Origin: Squalus acanthias
Taxonomy: Eukaryota
Assembly (NCBI GenBank): GCA_030390025.1
Contig: CM059433.1
Span: 17,362,001 to 17,426,000, forward strand
DNA length: 64,000 bases
Direction: 5' to 3'
The first letter of the stretch is position 1, and each line of letters begins with the position of its first letter. Below, one piece after another: positions 62,340 through 64,000 of this stretch. Both the position numbers and the translations under genes were made by a program. The notes beneath the pieces are model-generated. The model did no database searches, was not told where the DNA came from, and was given only the letters and a program-made list of their open reading frames with translations.

Positions 62340-63688
62340 GGTATGTTGAGGAACCAACTAGGGAACAGGCTATTTTAGATCTAGTATTGTGCAATGAGAA
62401 AGGGTTAATTAATAATCTTGTAGTAAAGTGGCCTTTAGGGAAGAGTGACCATAATATGATGGAATTTTAGATTGAGTTTGAAAGTGATTTAGTTAAATCC
62501 GAAACTAGGGTCTTAAATCGAAACAATGCAAACTACGTAGGTATGAGGGGCGAGGTGGTTAAGGTAGATTGGGAAACTACATTAAAAGGTATGATGATAG
62601 ACAAGCAATGGCTAGCATTTAAAGAATTAATACATAATTTACAACAAATATACATTCCTTTTAAGGCACAAAAACCCCACAAGAAAAGTGGTCCAAATGT
62701 GGCTAACAAGAGAAGTTAAAGATAGTGGCCCAGAAATTAAACAGTGAGTGTTCGCGCGGGGGTAAGGCTTCCCCGCGATATCTCACTCCGCGCCTACCTT
62801 TTTCCTCCGGGCCCACACGAACTTTAGTTTCAAGGCCAGTCCCACATGCAGCTGTGCAGTGCTTGCGTGACCCAGAGACGCAATTAGTTCGTGCGAGCTC
62901 TGGGATCACGTGATTCAGTTAGAGCCAATGGCAGCACACCATCTTTCATTCATAGTTTTGACAGGAAGACCTGTCAAAGCTATGAATACTATACCCCCCC
63001 AAAAGAACAGCTAAACCTCAATTAAATTTAAAAAAAAAGCCATCACATTAATAAAATAAGTATAGTTAAATAAATTAACTACTTTAAACAAAAAATTTAA
63101 TTTTTGAAAAAATTTAAAATCTTTTTAAAAGTTATAAAAATAAACTTACCTTTCTTTAAAGTCTCTAAAAAAGATAAACCAGTTGAAATTTTTTAAAATA
63201 ATACTTAATTAACTACTTACCTTGTTAAAAGAGGGTCTTACGCCTCCTTTCTTCATGTGTAAAATCTTCCATGCTTACCTGCGCGTTCAAAGCTGCAAAA
63301 ATAACTAAGTGCACTGCGTGCGCGCAGCCTGTCGTGCGCACGCGGTTCACTTAGGAACCGCCCCCTTTTGAATTCACGTATTAGGTCTAATTTTCGGGCC
63401 ATTATTAGATCAAAGGAAGAGGCTTATAATGTTGCCAAAAAGAGTAGTAAGCCTGAAGATTGGGCGGATTTTAGAATTCAGCAAAGGAGGGCCAAGAAAT
63501 TGATAAAGAAAGGGAAAATAGAATATGAGAGTAAACTAGTGAGAGACATAAAAACAGACTGTAACAACTTCTATAGTTATGTAAAAAGGAAAAGATTAGC
63601 AAAAGTAAATGTGGGTCTCTTACAGGCTGTGACAGGAGAAATTATAATGGGGAATAAGGAAATGGCAGAGAAATTAAACAAATACTTT
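62340..63688 (+). mobile_element. CR1 ORF2 fragment (endonuclease to linker) interrupted by MITEs
   Basis: YVEEPTREQAILDLVLCN...LGKSDHNM; resumes at 63404 and runs to EMAEKLNKYF. Confidence 0.88.
62727..63400. mobile_element. Harbinger-type MITE nested in CR1
   Basis: TIRs GGCCCAGAAATTA / TAATTTTCGGGCC; flanks AGT/ATT; CR1 continues on both sides. Confidence 0.87.
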
Positions 63689-64000
63689 GGCCGCGATTTT
63701 ATTAATGGAGGCGGGTTGAGGGCGGGCCCGCTGCTCAACAGCTTTCGGATCCACTCCCGGATGCCGCCGCCCAGCAGTTACGATTTTACCTTGATTGTCC
63801 TTGTTACGGCCAACGTGCGGGTCCCTCCAGGCAATTGCTTGGAGCATGTCAGATTCTCGCCTCTGATGACGCGTTGTTTGAGTAAAAATTTAAAGGGGCC
63901 ATGTCCCCTTTGCAAAAGCATTGGGTTTTTCCTCTTAAATGTGCTGGCTGCTACAGGAATGGCAGCCCCAAAAACTAAGGCTGCACCTAAGTTCAATAAG
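63689..64000 (+). mobile_element. Left end of another Harbinger element (runs off the window)
   Basis: TIR GGCCGCGATTTT, identical to 32354; ATG GCA GCC CCA AAA ACT AAG GCT GCA CCT AAG TTC (MAAPKTKAAPKF) resembles a Myb/SANT ORF start. Confidence 0.75.

Overview
This window is repeat-dense vertebrate DNA with no recognisable host protein-coding exon. The repeat types (SacSINE1/Deu-type SINEs, CR1, L2, RTE, Penelope fragments) suggest a cartilaginous fish, which is an inference. It holds many nested CR1, L2 and RTE retrotransposons, one nearly complete but frameshifted PIF/Harbinger transposon, about 15 Harbinger-type MITEs or deletion derivatives, a 218-bp solo LTR, a ~2-kb inverted segmental duplication and a Penelope insertion with a minimal hammerhead ribozyme core. 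The main discovery is at 56497-58356 (minus strand), a region the ORF track leaves empty. It is an endogenous foamy-virus-like element: a ~1.14-kb LTR, a tRNA-Lys1,2-like primer binding site, a palindrome-rich leader and a decayed N-terminal Gag domain resembling spumavirus Gag. It ends not in a 3' LTR but in an inverted 62-bp copy of its own U3 terminus, and has a clean 4-bp target-site duplication (TSD). All alignments and identity estimates were made by eye and no database searches were run.
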